Source: Candidatus Saccharimonadota bacterium (GTDB taxonomy: Bacteria > Patescibacteriota > Gracilibacteria > BD1-5 > UBA2023). From it: a DNA stretch of 32,000 nucleotides. Numbering within the stretch: the stretch's first letter is position 1; each line of letters starts with the position of its first letter. The DNA lies in contig OY970170.1 in NCBI GenBank assembly GCA_963706795.1, positions 450,001-482,000 on the forward strand. The letters are read 5' to 3'. The position numbers were made by a program, and so were the translations under genes. Below the pieces are notes generated by a model that was given only the letters and a program-made list of their open reading frames with translations, searched no databases and was not told the origin of the DNA. Positions 19,667 to 29,912 of this stretch are shown one piece after another.

Positions 19667-21031
19667 ATGTCACACCTTCATCTCATCGGAGCAGGCGGAA
19701 TAGGAGTTTCTGCAGTGGGGCGATATTATAAATCGCTCGGTTGGACCGTATCTGGATCTGATGGGGCTACGAGCGATATTACCAATGACCTACAGAGCGA
19801 AGGCATCCATATCGCTATCGGCCACCGACCAGAAAACCTCCCTGACAATACCGATCTCGTCGTATATTCCGAAGCGATCATCACCAAGCCAGACCTCAGC
19901 AAAGAAGAACAACTTCTTGCAAATCCTGAGCTTCGTCTCGCGAAAGAACGCGGTATCAAGCACCGATCATATCCCGAATCACTCGGCGATATTGCGAATT
20001 CGAAGTACGAGATCGCCGTAACAGGAAGCCATGGGAAGTCCACTACCACTGGCTTTATTGGCGTAATGCTTCATGGGTCAAGTACATGAGGATCTACAAT
20101 CGTGGGCACGAAGCTCACCAATTTTGGTCGTACCAATCTCATGAGCGATCCTGAGAGTCCATTTTTCGCGATTGAAGCCTGTGAATATCGCAGATCATTC
20201 CTCAATTACACACCTGAGATCGCCATCATTACGAATATCGATCTCGATCATCTCGACTATTACAAGAGCGTTGATGACTATGTGAGTGCTTTTGTATCGT
20301 TTGTGGAGAATACAAAAACAGCGGTGATTCTGCCTGCGAGTGATATCAATTGCAAACTCCTCTACGAGCGTGTAAGCCCCGAAAAGCGCACATCTCTCAA
20401 ATGGTATTTTGTAGATCAGACTGGCTACACTCTGGATGGGAAGCGATTTGAAATCCCAAAACTCGCACTCAAGGTTCCTGGCGATCATCTCGCCTTCGAT
20501 GCTAATCTTGCTTATATCGCAGGTCGCATTATCGGGCTTACTGAGGACGAAATTAAAACGGGAGTTGAATCCTATTCTGGCGCATGGCGTCGCAGTGAAT
20601 TTGTTGGCGAAACGGCCAATGATAATCTTCTCTATTCCGATTACGGACATCATCCGAGCGAGATCAGGCCAACGCTCAAAGCAATCAAAGAAATGCATCC
20701 TGATAGACTCTTCATTGTTGTCTTTCAGCCACATCAGTATTCTCGCACACGCGAGCTTTTAGCTGATTTTGCTACAAGCTTTGATGACGCTGATGAGTTG
20801 ATTGTTCCAAATATCTACTTCTCACGAGATAAAAAAGAGGATGTCGAATGGATGACCGTTGACCGTCTCCTCGATGCGATCGAACCACACAACGAAAACA
20901 TCACTAATGGTGAAGGTCTCGAGAATACTGAGGAAATCCTCGCTCAGCTCGATGACGAAAATCCAGGGAAACTGCTCTTCCTCCTGCTTGGCGCAGGAAA
21001 TATAGACGGACTTCGCTACAATCTCATATAA
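19667..21031 (+). CDS. murC: UDP-N-acetylmuramate--L-alanine ligase
   Basis: Fragments 19667..20089 and 20102..21031 are in frame, joined through TGA at 20087-89. HLIGAGGIGVSAV...VSGSD, VTGSHGKSTTT, DYGHHPSEI. TAA stop. Confidence 0.93.
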
Positions 21032-21040
21032 AAACCCTTC

Positions 21041-21484
21041 ATGGAACACGTACCATTTGCACTCATTAAAGCCCGTGGAGTCATTATGCACGAGGGGAAG
21101 ATTTTCCTCTGCAAACTCGCTATTGGGGATGCGAGTTTTTACTGTCTCCCTGGTGGAACACTCGAAATGAATGAAACCCTCGAGACTGGACTGAGTCGCG
21201 AACTCTTCGAAGAACTCGGCGTAGAAGCAAAAGTCGGTCCACTCGTCTATACACAACAGATTATCCGAGAAAACAAAAGCACTTTTGATTACTGGTACTG
21301 GATCGAAAATGCTTCAGACTTTTTAGATATCGATCTTTCGAAAGCAAGTCATGGATTTGAACATACAGAAGTAGGATTCTATGATCCAGCTGAACTCACT
21401 GCGCCATACCGCCCACTTACACTTCCAACACTTATGAAGATTTGGTGAGAAAAAGGTCCGATATTTGTACAAGAAATCCAATAA
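21041..21484 (+). CDS. Nudix hydrolase (147 aa)
   Basis: Nudix box GGTLEMNETLETGLSRELFEELGV. One in-frame TGA at 21446-48; TAA stop at 21482-84. Confidence 0.85.
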
Positions 21485-21485
21485 C

Positions 21486-21519
21486 AAAAACTCTCAATCG
21501 TCTATGATTGAGAGTTTTT
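21486..21519. terminator. bidirectional rho-independent terminator
   Basis: ctctcaatc (21491-99) pairs with gattgagag (21506-14), flanked by an A-run and a T-run. Confidence 0.85.
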
Positions 21520-21534
21520 GTTATTGCGCGCAGA

Positions 21535-21990
21535 TTAATCTTTTTCGCCTTCAACTACATTCGAAGCCTTATTTGCGACAATATCCACACACTCCTCGGT
21601 TTTTATGAGGAGTTTTTTATTGTGGATCACTCCAAGGCATGCACTTCGAATTGCTTCTATATCTGCATTCGAGGTAATATTTTTGAGTTCGCAGTTCCAA
21701 TTTGCGTGATCAAGAAGATATGCATCAAGCCAGGCAGATCTCCCAAAGTCATGAGCTGTAAGATGTACTTCCATCCGCATTACCGCTTCTAAAAATGAAG
21801 CCATAAGGTGCTCTACTTTTGGGGATTCAAATACTCCATCATCATTAATCACACCACGAATGAGTGCATAAAGGAACCCGACATCCGCGTTTTTAAAATC
21901 GTTTTCAAGTGTCCCCAGTGCTCCGATTGCAAAAGATGAATAGTCCGTAACGAGTCGTAGATGTGAAGGAGGTCGTGGAGTTTTTTCCAT
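21535..21990 (-). CDS. hypothetical protein (151 aa), second gene of the ORFan operon
   Basis: Uninterrupted ORF. Its ATG at 21990 lies 9 nt downstream of the stop of the 1031 aa gene. TAA stop at 21535-37. No family recognised. Confidence 0.7.
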   Translation of the reverse strand: MEKTPRPPSHLRLVTDYSSFAIGALGTLENDFKNADVGFLYALIRGVINDDGVFESPKVEHLMASFLEAVMRMEVHLTAHDFGRSAWLDAYLLDHANWNCELKNITSNADIEAIRSACLGVIHNKKLLIKTEECVDIVANKASNVVEGEKD

Positions 21991-21999
21991 AGATGGGGA

Positions 22000-24900
22000 T
22001 TATAGAGCCTTTTTTAATGGGGGTGTCGCGACTATTCGAACAGAAATTTTGTCGACTGGAGTAAGGAGGAGTCGTACTTCTGGAAAATTAAGGACCATCG
22101 TACCTTCTCTCGAATTTCAGAGCATAGCGAGAGCATTTTTGATGGTGTTTTGTTCACGGGTAACTGCCTGAAGTACCATCGATGCATCGAGACCCTGTGT
22201 GGTAATCTCAACGTGACGAATAAAATCAGGCGCTAGTCCATTACTCATTTTTGCATATTGCTCGATCATTTTGGGGATGTTTAGCTCAGAGTCAAGTATG
22301 GCGAAGAGCTTGTGTCACGCCTCACCGATTCGACTTGCGAGTCGGATATTAAATCCCTGGCTGGCCATGATATTACGAGTGAACTCAGAGATTACTTTTG
22401 CCTGTTTTTCATCTGCATTTTCTACAAAAAAACGAAGTTCATCGCCTCAGATATTCATTTTGACCCCAGGAAATGCCTTACGAATCTCGGCCGCAGCGAA
22501 AAGAATACGCCTCGTTATGGGCCCCAGAACATCGAGCTTCATTTCGGGAGAAATTGCGGCACCAGAGTTAATAAGATCAGCGAGCGCTTCGAGATGCTTA
22601 CGATTCATGGGATCAAGACCTATTACATCCACCAAAAACAAGGCACCTTTTTTTCATTCAACATTTATCATGAATGCCTCTTTTGAGAGTCCACCCTTCG
22701 CGGTCATTTCGAGTGCTTCACGCGAGACTCGACCTACTGCAAAGGAGTCTTCTATCGCTTTTGCCTGAGCAAAGCCTTCTTTGAGGTTCGGTACTGGAGC
22801 TACGTAATCCAACTCTCGTCTGAGTGAAGTAACGAATTCTTTGAGATCTCGCATAAGTTCGGGTGGACCCTTTATCGTCTCAAGACCTCCAGGCTTGCGC
22901 AGAGCATCATACAGAATGGGGTGAAATTGCGGCTTTCAGAGTGTCGCCGCGATAACCGAATATCTTACACCCGCATATTCAAAAACTCGCCCAGCATACT
23001 GCTTAATGAGTGCAGTATTGAGCTCAAAATAATTCTCAATTCCTTTTTTTGTATCGATATTGTGACCGTTTTCAACCAGAGAATATCGTGCTGCGCGCTC
23101 ACTCTGGCGAGCTGCATCGAGTTTAGACATACCATCTGCCTTTGCTGGGACTTGAACCTCTCCCACTCAGATACGAATACTTTTAAAAGCGGAGGCGAGT
23201 GTTTCTGGGCTCTTCCCGATTTGTTTGGCGGCATTCGCGATAAAGTCTGCCTGTTCTCTGAGTGTTTCTTGGACTATTTTCTCAAGCTCTGCCGGAGTCG
23301 GCATAACCTGTTTTGTATGTTCGGGAAGCGAGACAGTCGCAATTCGATGAGTGCGATCTACGACGCGCATGTTTGGATTTCCCCCAGCACCATTTCGCAT
23401 ATGAGCAAAAATCTTGGATTGGAATATTCCAAAAAGTACATCTGCTGCAGACTGCCCAATAGTATCATTTACACCCTTTGTTCCCTCAATCAAAAAGGTA
23501 GTCAGTCGCCCATTTTGAAAAATACGAAGGGTTCAGAGAAGTGGATAATTTTGGGCGATAATTTCCGAAAGCATGCGCTTAGTTTCTGGAGAAATATCAG
23601 AAGAAAATCGATATTCCACAATCTCAGGATGATCCCTCAGTGTTCGTAAAACATCATTTCGAAGTGACGGAATATCCTTCGGTATCCCAGAGATACGCAT
23701 GGCTGTACCCTCAAAATGAAGTTCTATACCTGACGAAGTTTTAATAGATGCTTCTTTAGGGGCAAGGGGCGTTGCTTCTGTCTGGTTTGTTTTATTGTTT
23801 GCGGCTTGACCCGTTTTTTTAGACTCGGGTGTGAGTTTTGTTTTGAGAACCTCTATCACTTCTCCCGCTTTTTTGAGAGCTTCTCTCAGAAATTGGCGTT
23901 CTTCTTCTGCGAGAACTGCCGAAGCAGCAACAACCGGAGCTCCTGATGTGATCTCAGCACGTTTTTTTGCGACGAAGAATTGTGCTATTTTTTCGAGTAA
24001 TCACTGCTCTCATTCAGACTCAAATACGCGTCTGATCCATGAGAAATCTACACCCTTCATTGCAGTCGGGTTTGCCATTTCTTTAGAAAATCCATGTGTC
24101 GCACCTGGCGCAACAGCGAGCAATATACCAACCGCATGGCCAAACTGTTCTCAACCGGCCGTTTTGGCTGCTTCGACAATTCCAATAAATTTAGCCATGT
24201 CGATCCCAAGATTGATGGCGGTTTTACCCACTGTAACGAAGATTTTATCTCATTCTTTACGAGCCAAAACACGCACTCATGGCACTGCTAGAACTGCGAG
24301 GGGTTTCGGGACTGCTTGAGCTAAAGTGCCGACCATATTTGTTGCACGAAGGACATTTGGACTCTTTGCTGCGAGTTTTGCAATAATAGTTCCCACTCAG
24401 CCAGAGCAGGCTATAAGCAGGATCTGATCTACCGACAAAAACATATTTGCTGCACTCGTGAGATTTTCATGGAATTTTGCACCCATTCCCATGCTCTCGG
24501 CCTCAGCAAATTTGGCATACGGTGTATCTTTGAGTTTTTTGTAATACTCCTCTGCAAGTGCATCGCCACCAATGCCGAGTCCCCTTACAAATCGCGCCTT
24601 ATTGAGATGAAATTCTGCCTCTGCCTGTTTTGGATCAACACCTCCAAAAAGACCAAGAAGGAGTTTCCCTTCTGGCAGATCAAAGAATTTTTGTACCACT
24701 GGAATCTGTGCGCCCGCCTCTTGGATCGTTTTCCCACTACGAAGTGCCTGTGCAAGTCGTGTGGCGCCAATGACCGCAAATTCAGCGGCATCATATCATG
24801 CACTGAGCGTCTCGAGCTTTGCTCCGCTAAATGTTGTCCCACCCGTGAGTCGAGTGGAGAATCCCATCGCGTTTTCTGGGGAGATAAAATTCATAAATGA

Positions 24901-25095
24901 GAGTTCTCGTTCTCGCCCTTCTTCTACCTGCTTTTTGAGTACATCAGCACTCTGCCTGAGTTTTGCTGCAAATCAAACGACCAATTCAGCAGCTTCTAAA
25001 AATTCTGGAGGCGTCGAAATTTTCTCCACCTGTGGTCTTTGCGACTGAGTGGAGGAGGAAGTTTCTGATACAGAACGAGGAGGAAGTTCGGTCAT
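22000..25095 (-). CDS. giant hypothetical protein (1031 aa) with Gly/Ala-rich hydrophobic segments, no recognisable domain
   Basis: Six track ORFs (24397..24699, 23533..23859, 23167..23493, 22936..23166, 22654..22854, 22447..22641) share one frame. Hand translation from ATG 25095 to TAA 22000-02 shows 15 in-frame TGA and no TAA or TAG. Confidence 0.75.
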
Positions 25096-25223
25096 ACTCC
25101 CTTGAGTTTGCCATAAGCGCAGGATAAAGGCAAAAATGGGAGGGTTTAGACCGACGTCTTAACTTGACATATAAATATATTGAGTAGCTTATATAATAAT
25201 ATGTGCATTTAAAAACCCATTCT

Positions 25224-25661
25224 ATGGCTGTTAATCTTCAGAAGTCTTTTAGCGCTTCGCTTGATGTGTATAAGGAGAGCCTGCAGTTACAGGCATCAAG
25301 AGTAGCAGCTCGCAATATAGAAGGTTTGGTAAGCTCACTCGTAGCATTGATTATTGATGCACGTGAGAGTAATCAGGTTCTACGATATAAGCTCCTTCTC
25401 GAAAAAGCCACCCTCGAATCACTCGGAAGCGATGACACAGAGCTGAATGCTGCAAAGTGAAAAATCCTAGAAGAAATCTTTGCAGTGGTCAATTCGCAAC
25501 TCCATACCATCTTGATGGATCGCCCAACAAAGATCTCAGTGCATGGAAAATTACAGGATCCTCGAGCCTTCCTCATGCGATCATTCGCACAATTGCTCGA
25601 TGTAGAAACAGACTATTTGAGAACATTTCAGTACAAGCCAAGCTCTGAGCGATCAGAATAA
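25224..25661 (+). CDS. hypothetical protein (145 aa), divergent from the giant ORFan
   Basis: ATG 25224 (MAVNLQKSF...), one in-frame TGA at 25458-60, TAA stop at 25659-61. Confidence 0.55.
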
Positions 25662-25695
25662 GCAGGCGAACTCCCTTGCGAAATGCGCAACAATT

Positions 25696-25743
25696 AAAAT
25701 CCCCCCTCTTTCGCTCTTGCGAGCTTCGGATGGGGGATTTTTT
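25696..25743. terminator. bidirectional terminator (also follows the tRNA 3' end)
   Basis: atccccc (25699-705) pairs with gggggat (25732-38), with an inner gctc/gagc hairpin. An A-run lies on the left and a T-run on the right. Confidence 0.7.
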
Positions 25744-25750
25744 ATATATC

Positions 25751-25825
25751 TGGAGCCGCTGGCGGGAATTGAACCCGCGACCTATCCCTTACCATGGGAT
25801 TGCTCTACCACTGAGCCACAGCGGC
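25751..25825 (-). tRNA. tRNA-Thr (anticodon GGU), CCA encoded
   Basis: The reverse complement folds as a cloverleaf: acceptor GCCGCTG/CAGCGGC, D stem GCTC/GAGC, anticodon stem ATCCC/GGGAT with loop AT-GGT-AA, T arm GCGGG-TTCAATT-CCCGC, and 3' TCCA. Confidence 0.93.
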
Positions 25826-26887
25826 CTATAAAAGCTCGGCCATTATATGATCGAGCACAAAAATTCAAGGCAGAGTTGGGCGAACTTGCTCTCCTGACTG
25901 CAAAAGCAATCCCTGATCAATACACGTCTTCAAGCGCGAAGCATCAGCAACCGCTGAAATTGGAAGACTAAAGGTTCGTAATCAAAACATAGCGCTTTCG
26001 AGAGCGATTTCATGCTCAGTGAGGGTTTCTTGACCAACAACTTCTCCACGATAGTAGGCGGCAAAAGATGCGGCATTTTCAAAGCGTGTTCCATCCCAGT
26101 GACTCGCAGCAGAGAGACCAAAACCTCTCACATTTTGATGTGTCCAATATGCTCTATTATGACGACTCTCATGGCCTGGTTTTCCAAAATTAGAGATTTC
26201 GTAGTGATGCAATCCTCGCTCAGTGAGATAATGTACGATATCTGAGTACTCATCGGTCATAGCCTGATCATCAATCGCAAGGGCCTTCCAGTCCTTTGGG
26301 TAGTCACCCTTCTCTAAAAAATAGACACTCGTGTGCTTGATATTAGCGTACCGTTCATGAAGCTCTCTGATCGCCTGAAGCGTCTCGCCTGCTCGAGTGT
26401 GTGGCAGTCCAAGGATAAAGTCCACATTCACATTAGTAAATCCAGCACGAAGAGTACAATCGAGGGCTTCAAAAATAGTCGCACGAGAGCTGCGATGCAC
26501 GGCAGTAAGCGTCTCATCTTGGAGAGACTGAATACCAAGCGAGAGCCTATTTATTCAGAGTTCCCGAATACCGCGAACAAATTCCTCTGTGATATCCTCG
26601 GGATTTGCCTCGAGTGTGATTTCGATATTTGGCGCCCAGATTTCACGTGGAAATTTTGAGAGTAAAAAACCGATCTGTTCGACCGAGAGAACGCTCGGCG
26701 TCCCTCATCCAAAGTAGATGGATTGAAGTGGTGTATCTGGATTTTTTGTCTCGAAGAAATGCTCGATTTCCTTGGCTATGAAGGCAATATAACGCGCAAT
26801 CTTCGCATCCTGTACAAAAGGTGTCAGAGCAAATTTGCAGTAGGGACATTTCTGTCTGCAAAACGGAATATGGAGATACGAATACAT
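25826..26887 (-). CDS. hemW: radical SAM heme chaperone HemW / oxygen-independent coproporphyrinogen oxidase-like protein (353 aa)
   Basis: CRQKCPYC (CxxxCxxC); IYFG[TGA]GTPS (YFGGGTP); REL[TGA]INRLSLGIQS. Read-through of TGA at 25982 gives AMF[TGA]LRT... (HemN_C GLR motif). The TAG stop at 25826-28 directly abuts the tRNA. Confidence 0.88.
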
Positions 26888-26972
26888 TTTGCGTACAGTT
26901 TGCTCAGTGGTTGAATAGAGCTAAATTACGATCAAAGCACGTATTGTCAAAGCAGTGTGCTTCGCTTTGTAT

Positions 26973-27000
26973 TTGACAGTGAGAAACGAAAGACTATAAC
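26973..27000 (+). promoter_or_regulatory. candidate promoter TTGACA-N16-TATAAC
   Basis: The -35 is at 26973-78 and the -10 at 26995-27000, upstream of the SD-led orphan ORF. Confidence 0.5.
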
Positions 27001-27034
27001 TGTCGGGCAACAAACACCAATACGGAGGCATATC

Positions 27035-27391
27035 ATGGAGAATACAGTCTCAACAGCAACATCAAACCTCGCAATTATCGAAGCTTTCTTGCAATCAGGA
27101 AAGGCAATCGAATTTAGTGGGGAAAAGGCAACACTCGTTACCTGGAAGGACCAGCACATATTACGTGCAACGGAAGTAGAACCCGTTACAGTTCAAGATG
27201 GGGAATCGATTTTCATTCCATCCATTCGAATAGCTGACGGCGTGAAAATTCCTCAAAAATCAGGCCTGTCATTTCTTCTTGGCCTGTTTGGACCCAAAGA
27301 CTTCTTTTTGGAAGCACGAGTCCCGACAGATCCACAGAGGTGCTGCAGGGTACGTTGCAACAGCATAGCTGCACTTATAGTATCGGCTTAA
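27035..27391 (+). CDS. orphan hypothetical protein (118 aa) with canonical SD
   Basis: GGAGG lies 6 nt upstream of ATG 27035 (MENTVSTATSN...). No in-frame TGA; TAA stop. No family recognised. Confidence 0.55.
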   Translation: MENTVSTATSNLAIIEAFLQSGKAIEFSGEKATLVTWKDQHILRATEVEPVTVQDGESIFIPSIRIADGVKIPQKSGLSFLLGLFGPKDFFLEARVPTDPQRCCRVRCNSIAALIVSA

Positions 27392-27413
27392 TGCGATGCA
27401 CACCACAAAACTC

Positions 27414-27440
27414 GGAAGCAACACACTGCTTCCTTTTTTT
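27414..27440. terminator. rho-independent terminator between the orphan ORF and adk
   Basis: ggaagca (27414-20) pairs with tgcttcc (27427-33), followed by ttttttt. Confidence 0.8.
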
Positions 27441-27451
27441 ATGCTCAAATT

Positions 27452-28075
27452 TTATACGTATGCGCTGAGTACAACCTTGATCTGCTCTGCACAGGTATCA
27501 ATATCCTTGCTTGCGTCAATAGTATAGACTCGCTTCCCTTCGCTTGCCCAGAGTGCGAGGAGTGGGATAGTATTCGCATAAAATGTGTCGATGCGCTTGG
27601 CAACAGCTTCTGGATTATCGTCCTCGCGGTGAACGAGCTTATTGCCGGTATACGGACTAAAATCACCCACAAAATTCGAAGGAAAACTCTCGCCCGTTAC
27701 TGGATCGATACGTCTATTGGCGAGTCGCTCAATCGCCTTATCACGAGGAAGGTCGAGGAAAATGATCATGTACTCTGGAAATACGCTATCAAAGAGATCT
27801 TTTTGTTCTTTAGATCGTGGAATTCCATCAAACACGATTGGTGCACCCGAATGATTCGCCCGATAGTGGAGTAAAATCTTCTCAACCAGACTATTGGGTA
27901 CGAGTGCCCCTTGGGATAAAAGTTGTGCTACTTCAGCAGACTGGGGTTCTTGGAGGCCAGCAAAATTTCGGAGTTTTTGACCCATTTCAAAAAAATGGTG
28001 ACCATATGTCTCGATAATCTTTCGAGCCATTGTTCCCTTTCCGGATCCTTGAATTCCAACAAGAACTAAGTGCAT
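27452..28075 (-). CDS. adk: adenylate kinase (207 aa)
   Basis: P-loop GIQGSGKGT; FDGIPRS; LID-like region RRIDPVTGESF...REDD. Uninterrupted ORF; TAA stop. Confidence 0.92.
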   Translation of the reverse strand: MHLVLVGIQGSGKGTMARKIIETYGHHFFEMGQKLRNFAGLQEPQSAEVAQLLSQGALVPNSLVEKILLHYRANHSGAPIVFDGIPRSKEQKDLFDSVFPEYMIIFLDLPRDKAIERLANRRIDPVTGESFPSNFVGDFSPYTGNKLVHREDDNPEAVAKRIDTFYANTIPLLALWASEGKRVYTIDASKDIDTCAEQIKVVLSAYV

Positions 28076-28097
28076 AGTGTAAAAGCTGTATTAAAAT

Positions 28098-28496
28098 CGT
28101 CCACAGCATCATAAGCCGGATTCTGTACTTCGCTCTCAATCTCTCTAGGGCATGCGTCGCCGCATGTCTCAAGCAGGGTATACGCTGGGCGGTCTCGGAC
28201 CCGAACTCCCTTTGTACCATTCCCCTTGCACCACATGGGGTTTACCAACGTTCGTATGTTGCCATACGAGTCCTCGCGTAGCCGAAGCAATCTACGAGGC
28301 TTTTCACCTTTCTCCCGCCGAGGCGGGATAGTATTGTCTCTGTGGTACTTTCCGTACAACTGCTTTATGAATTATATGCAGCTGCCGCAGTCGTTATCTG
28401 CCATGCTTTCCGAGTGGTGTCCAGACTTTCCTCCCCACGCTCTGTCGGTATGCGACATACAAAAAAAGCGTGGGGTAGAGAGCGTTGCTGTGGACG
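28098..28496 (-). ncRNA. rnpB: RNase P RNA, bacterial type A
   Basis: The minus strand has a P1 pairing of CGTCCACAGCAAC (5') with GATGCTGTGGACG (3'). It also has a P3 hairpin CCCCACGC...GCGTGGGG, CR-I GAGGAAAGTCTGGACACC, GGTAAACCCCA, GTGCAAGG and CR-V ACAGAATCCGGCTTAT. Confidence 0.92.
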
Positions 28497-28501
28497 CGGA
28501 G

Positions 28502-28529
28502 ATTCTACGGGGCTTCCACCCGAAAGCAA
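28502..28529 (-). promoter_or_regulatory. candidate rnpB promoter TTGCTT-N16-TAGAAT
   Basis: On the minus strand the -10 TAGAAT (28502-07) ends 5 nt before the predicted P1 5' end. The -35 is at 28524-29. Confidence 0.5.
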
Positions 28530-28535
28530 AGAATT

Positions 28536-28563
28536 TTGTACCTCGCTATTTGTTCGCTATACT
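28536..28563 (+). promoter_or_regulatory. candidate promoter TTGTAC-N16-TATACT for the lipoprotein gene
   Basis: The -35 is at 28536-41 and the -10 at 28558-63. Confidence 0.4.
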
Positions 28564-28597
28564 TTAAATCTCACTATTATTTTTAAATTCTTTGTCT

Positions 28598-29869
28598 ATG
28601 AAGCTTCGTATTTTTGCACTCGTCATGGTCTCGGTATTGCTTGCAGGCTGCACGAATCCATTTGCTAAAAAGGATGATTTCCAGACAGTCGTCAAAACAC
28701 ATTTTGAAGCACTTGGAGAAAGCGTTGGCGGAGACTCGCTTGGTAATTTCTCTGGAACTTCTCATTTTGATGGAAATATTGCCGCAAAGAGCAAAAACCA
28801 GAGCATTGCTATCGCCTTAAACGGAGATGCAAAACAGCATGCTGGTGACTCAAGCGTCTCACTCGGCCTCGATGCTAAGCTCGAGATGGGAAGCGAAAAA
28901 CCCGTCAGTGCAAAAGGTGCATTTGAAGGCGTATTTACAACTGGAACTGGCTACGTAAAGCTCGGAAGCCTTGAACTGACTTCTGCCGAAAAGGATCCAA
29001 TGGTCGAATCAATGATCAAATCCATGATGGGACAATATGGTGGCAAGTGGATCAGTATCTCAAATACTCAAGAAGGTACTCCGACCAAGGTAGACCCAAA
29101 GGCAATTAAGGCCGCTTTTACTGCACATCCGATCTTTGCGATGACGAAAGATCTTGGTTACAAGGACGGACGCTACAATTACGAAGTAGGCCTCGATAAG
29201 ACACAGATGCTCGAGCTCGAAAAAGCCATCAATCAGGCACTCACGGGTACTGGACTCACTGATAAATCAATCGAAGCATCAAAAAAAGAAATCGAAAACA
29301 CGAGCCTCGTCGGAGTGTTTTCGGTAGAAAATGCTCATCGCGAATATGGATCATTTAGCGGAACATTCTCAAGCACTATGGGAAGTGGCGCAACTGCCAC
29401 CACCGAAACTGGCAAACTTACCTACGAAAACTCAAAAGATGCCTTTAAATTTGAAGTAAGCACCGCCGACGGAGGAATTATCGTCGCAGTCGAGAAACAG
29501 CTCACAAAGGCTATTGGAACAATCACCATCGTCGCAAAAGATAACAAGCAGACTCCGATCCATTTCACGATCGAGAAGACACTTGATGGGTACAAACTCA
29601 ATGTTGGAAGTGACTTCGATTCACCAACCGGTGAGAGAGTAACACTCACTATTGATGGAAATCTCAGTTCAAAGAAGGATGATAAAATTACAATCGACAT
29701 CCCAAAAGAGAGCATAGATCTCAAGTCACTCCTCGGTGGCATGATGGGAAGCAGCATGACAGCTACTCCAGAGAACAGTGCAGCAGCAGAAAGCATGATC
29801 GGAAGCATGGACAGCGCTCTCTCTCAAGCAGATGCCTCTGCCGGAGATGAGATGAGCATGCCTCGTTAG
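28598..29869 (+). CDS. hypothetical lipoprotein (423 aa)
   Basis: ATG 28598 gives MKLRIFALVMVSVLLAGC (lipobox LAGC). Uninterrupted ORF; TAG stop. Confidence 0.75.
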   Translation: MKLRIFALVMVSVLLAGCTNPFAKKDDFQTVVKTHFEALGESVGGDSLGNFSGTSHFDGNIAAKSKNQSIAIALNGDAKQHAGDSSVSLGLDAKLEMGSEKPVSAKGAFEGVFTTGTGYVKLGSLELTSAEKDPMVESMIKSMMGQYGGKWISISNTQEGTPTKVDPKAIKAAFTAHPIFAMTKDLGYKDGRYNYEVGLDKTQMLELEKAINQALTGTGLTDKSIEASKKEIENTSLVGVFSVENAHREYGSFSGTFSSTMGSGATATTETGKLTYENSKDAFKFEVSTADGGIIVAVEKQLTKAIGTITIVAKDNKQTPIHFTIEKTLDGYKLNVGSDFDSPTGERVTLTIDGNLSSKKDDKITIDIPKESIDLKSLLGGMMGSSMTATPENSAAAESMIGSMDSALSQADASAGDEMSMPR

Positions 29870-29882
29870 TCAGGCACAAAAT

Positions 29883-29911
29883 AAAAACTCCTCAGATTCT
29901 GAGGAGTTTTT
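29883..29911. terminator. bidirectional rho-independent terminator
   Basis: actcctcag (29887-95) pairs with ctgaggagt (29899-907), flanked by an A-run and a T-run. Confidence 0.85.
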
Positions 29912-29912
29912 A

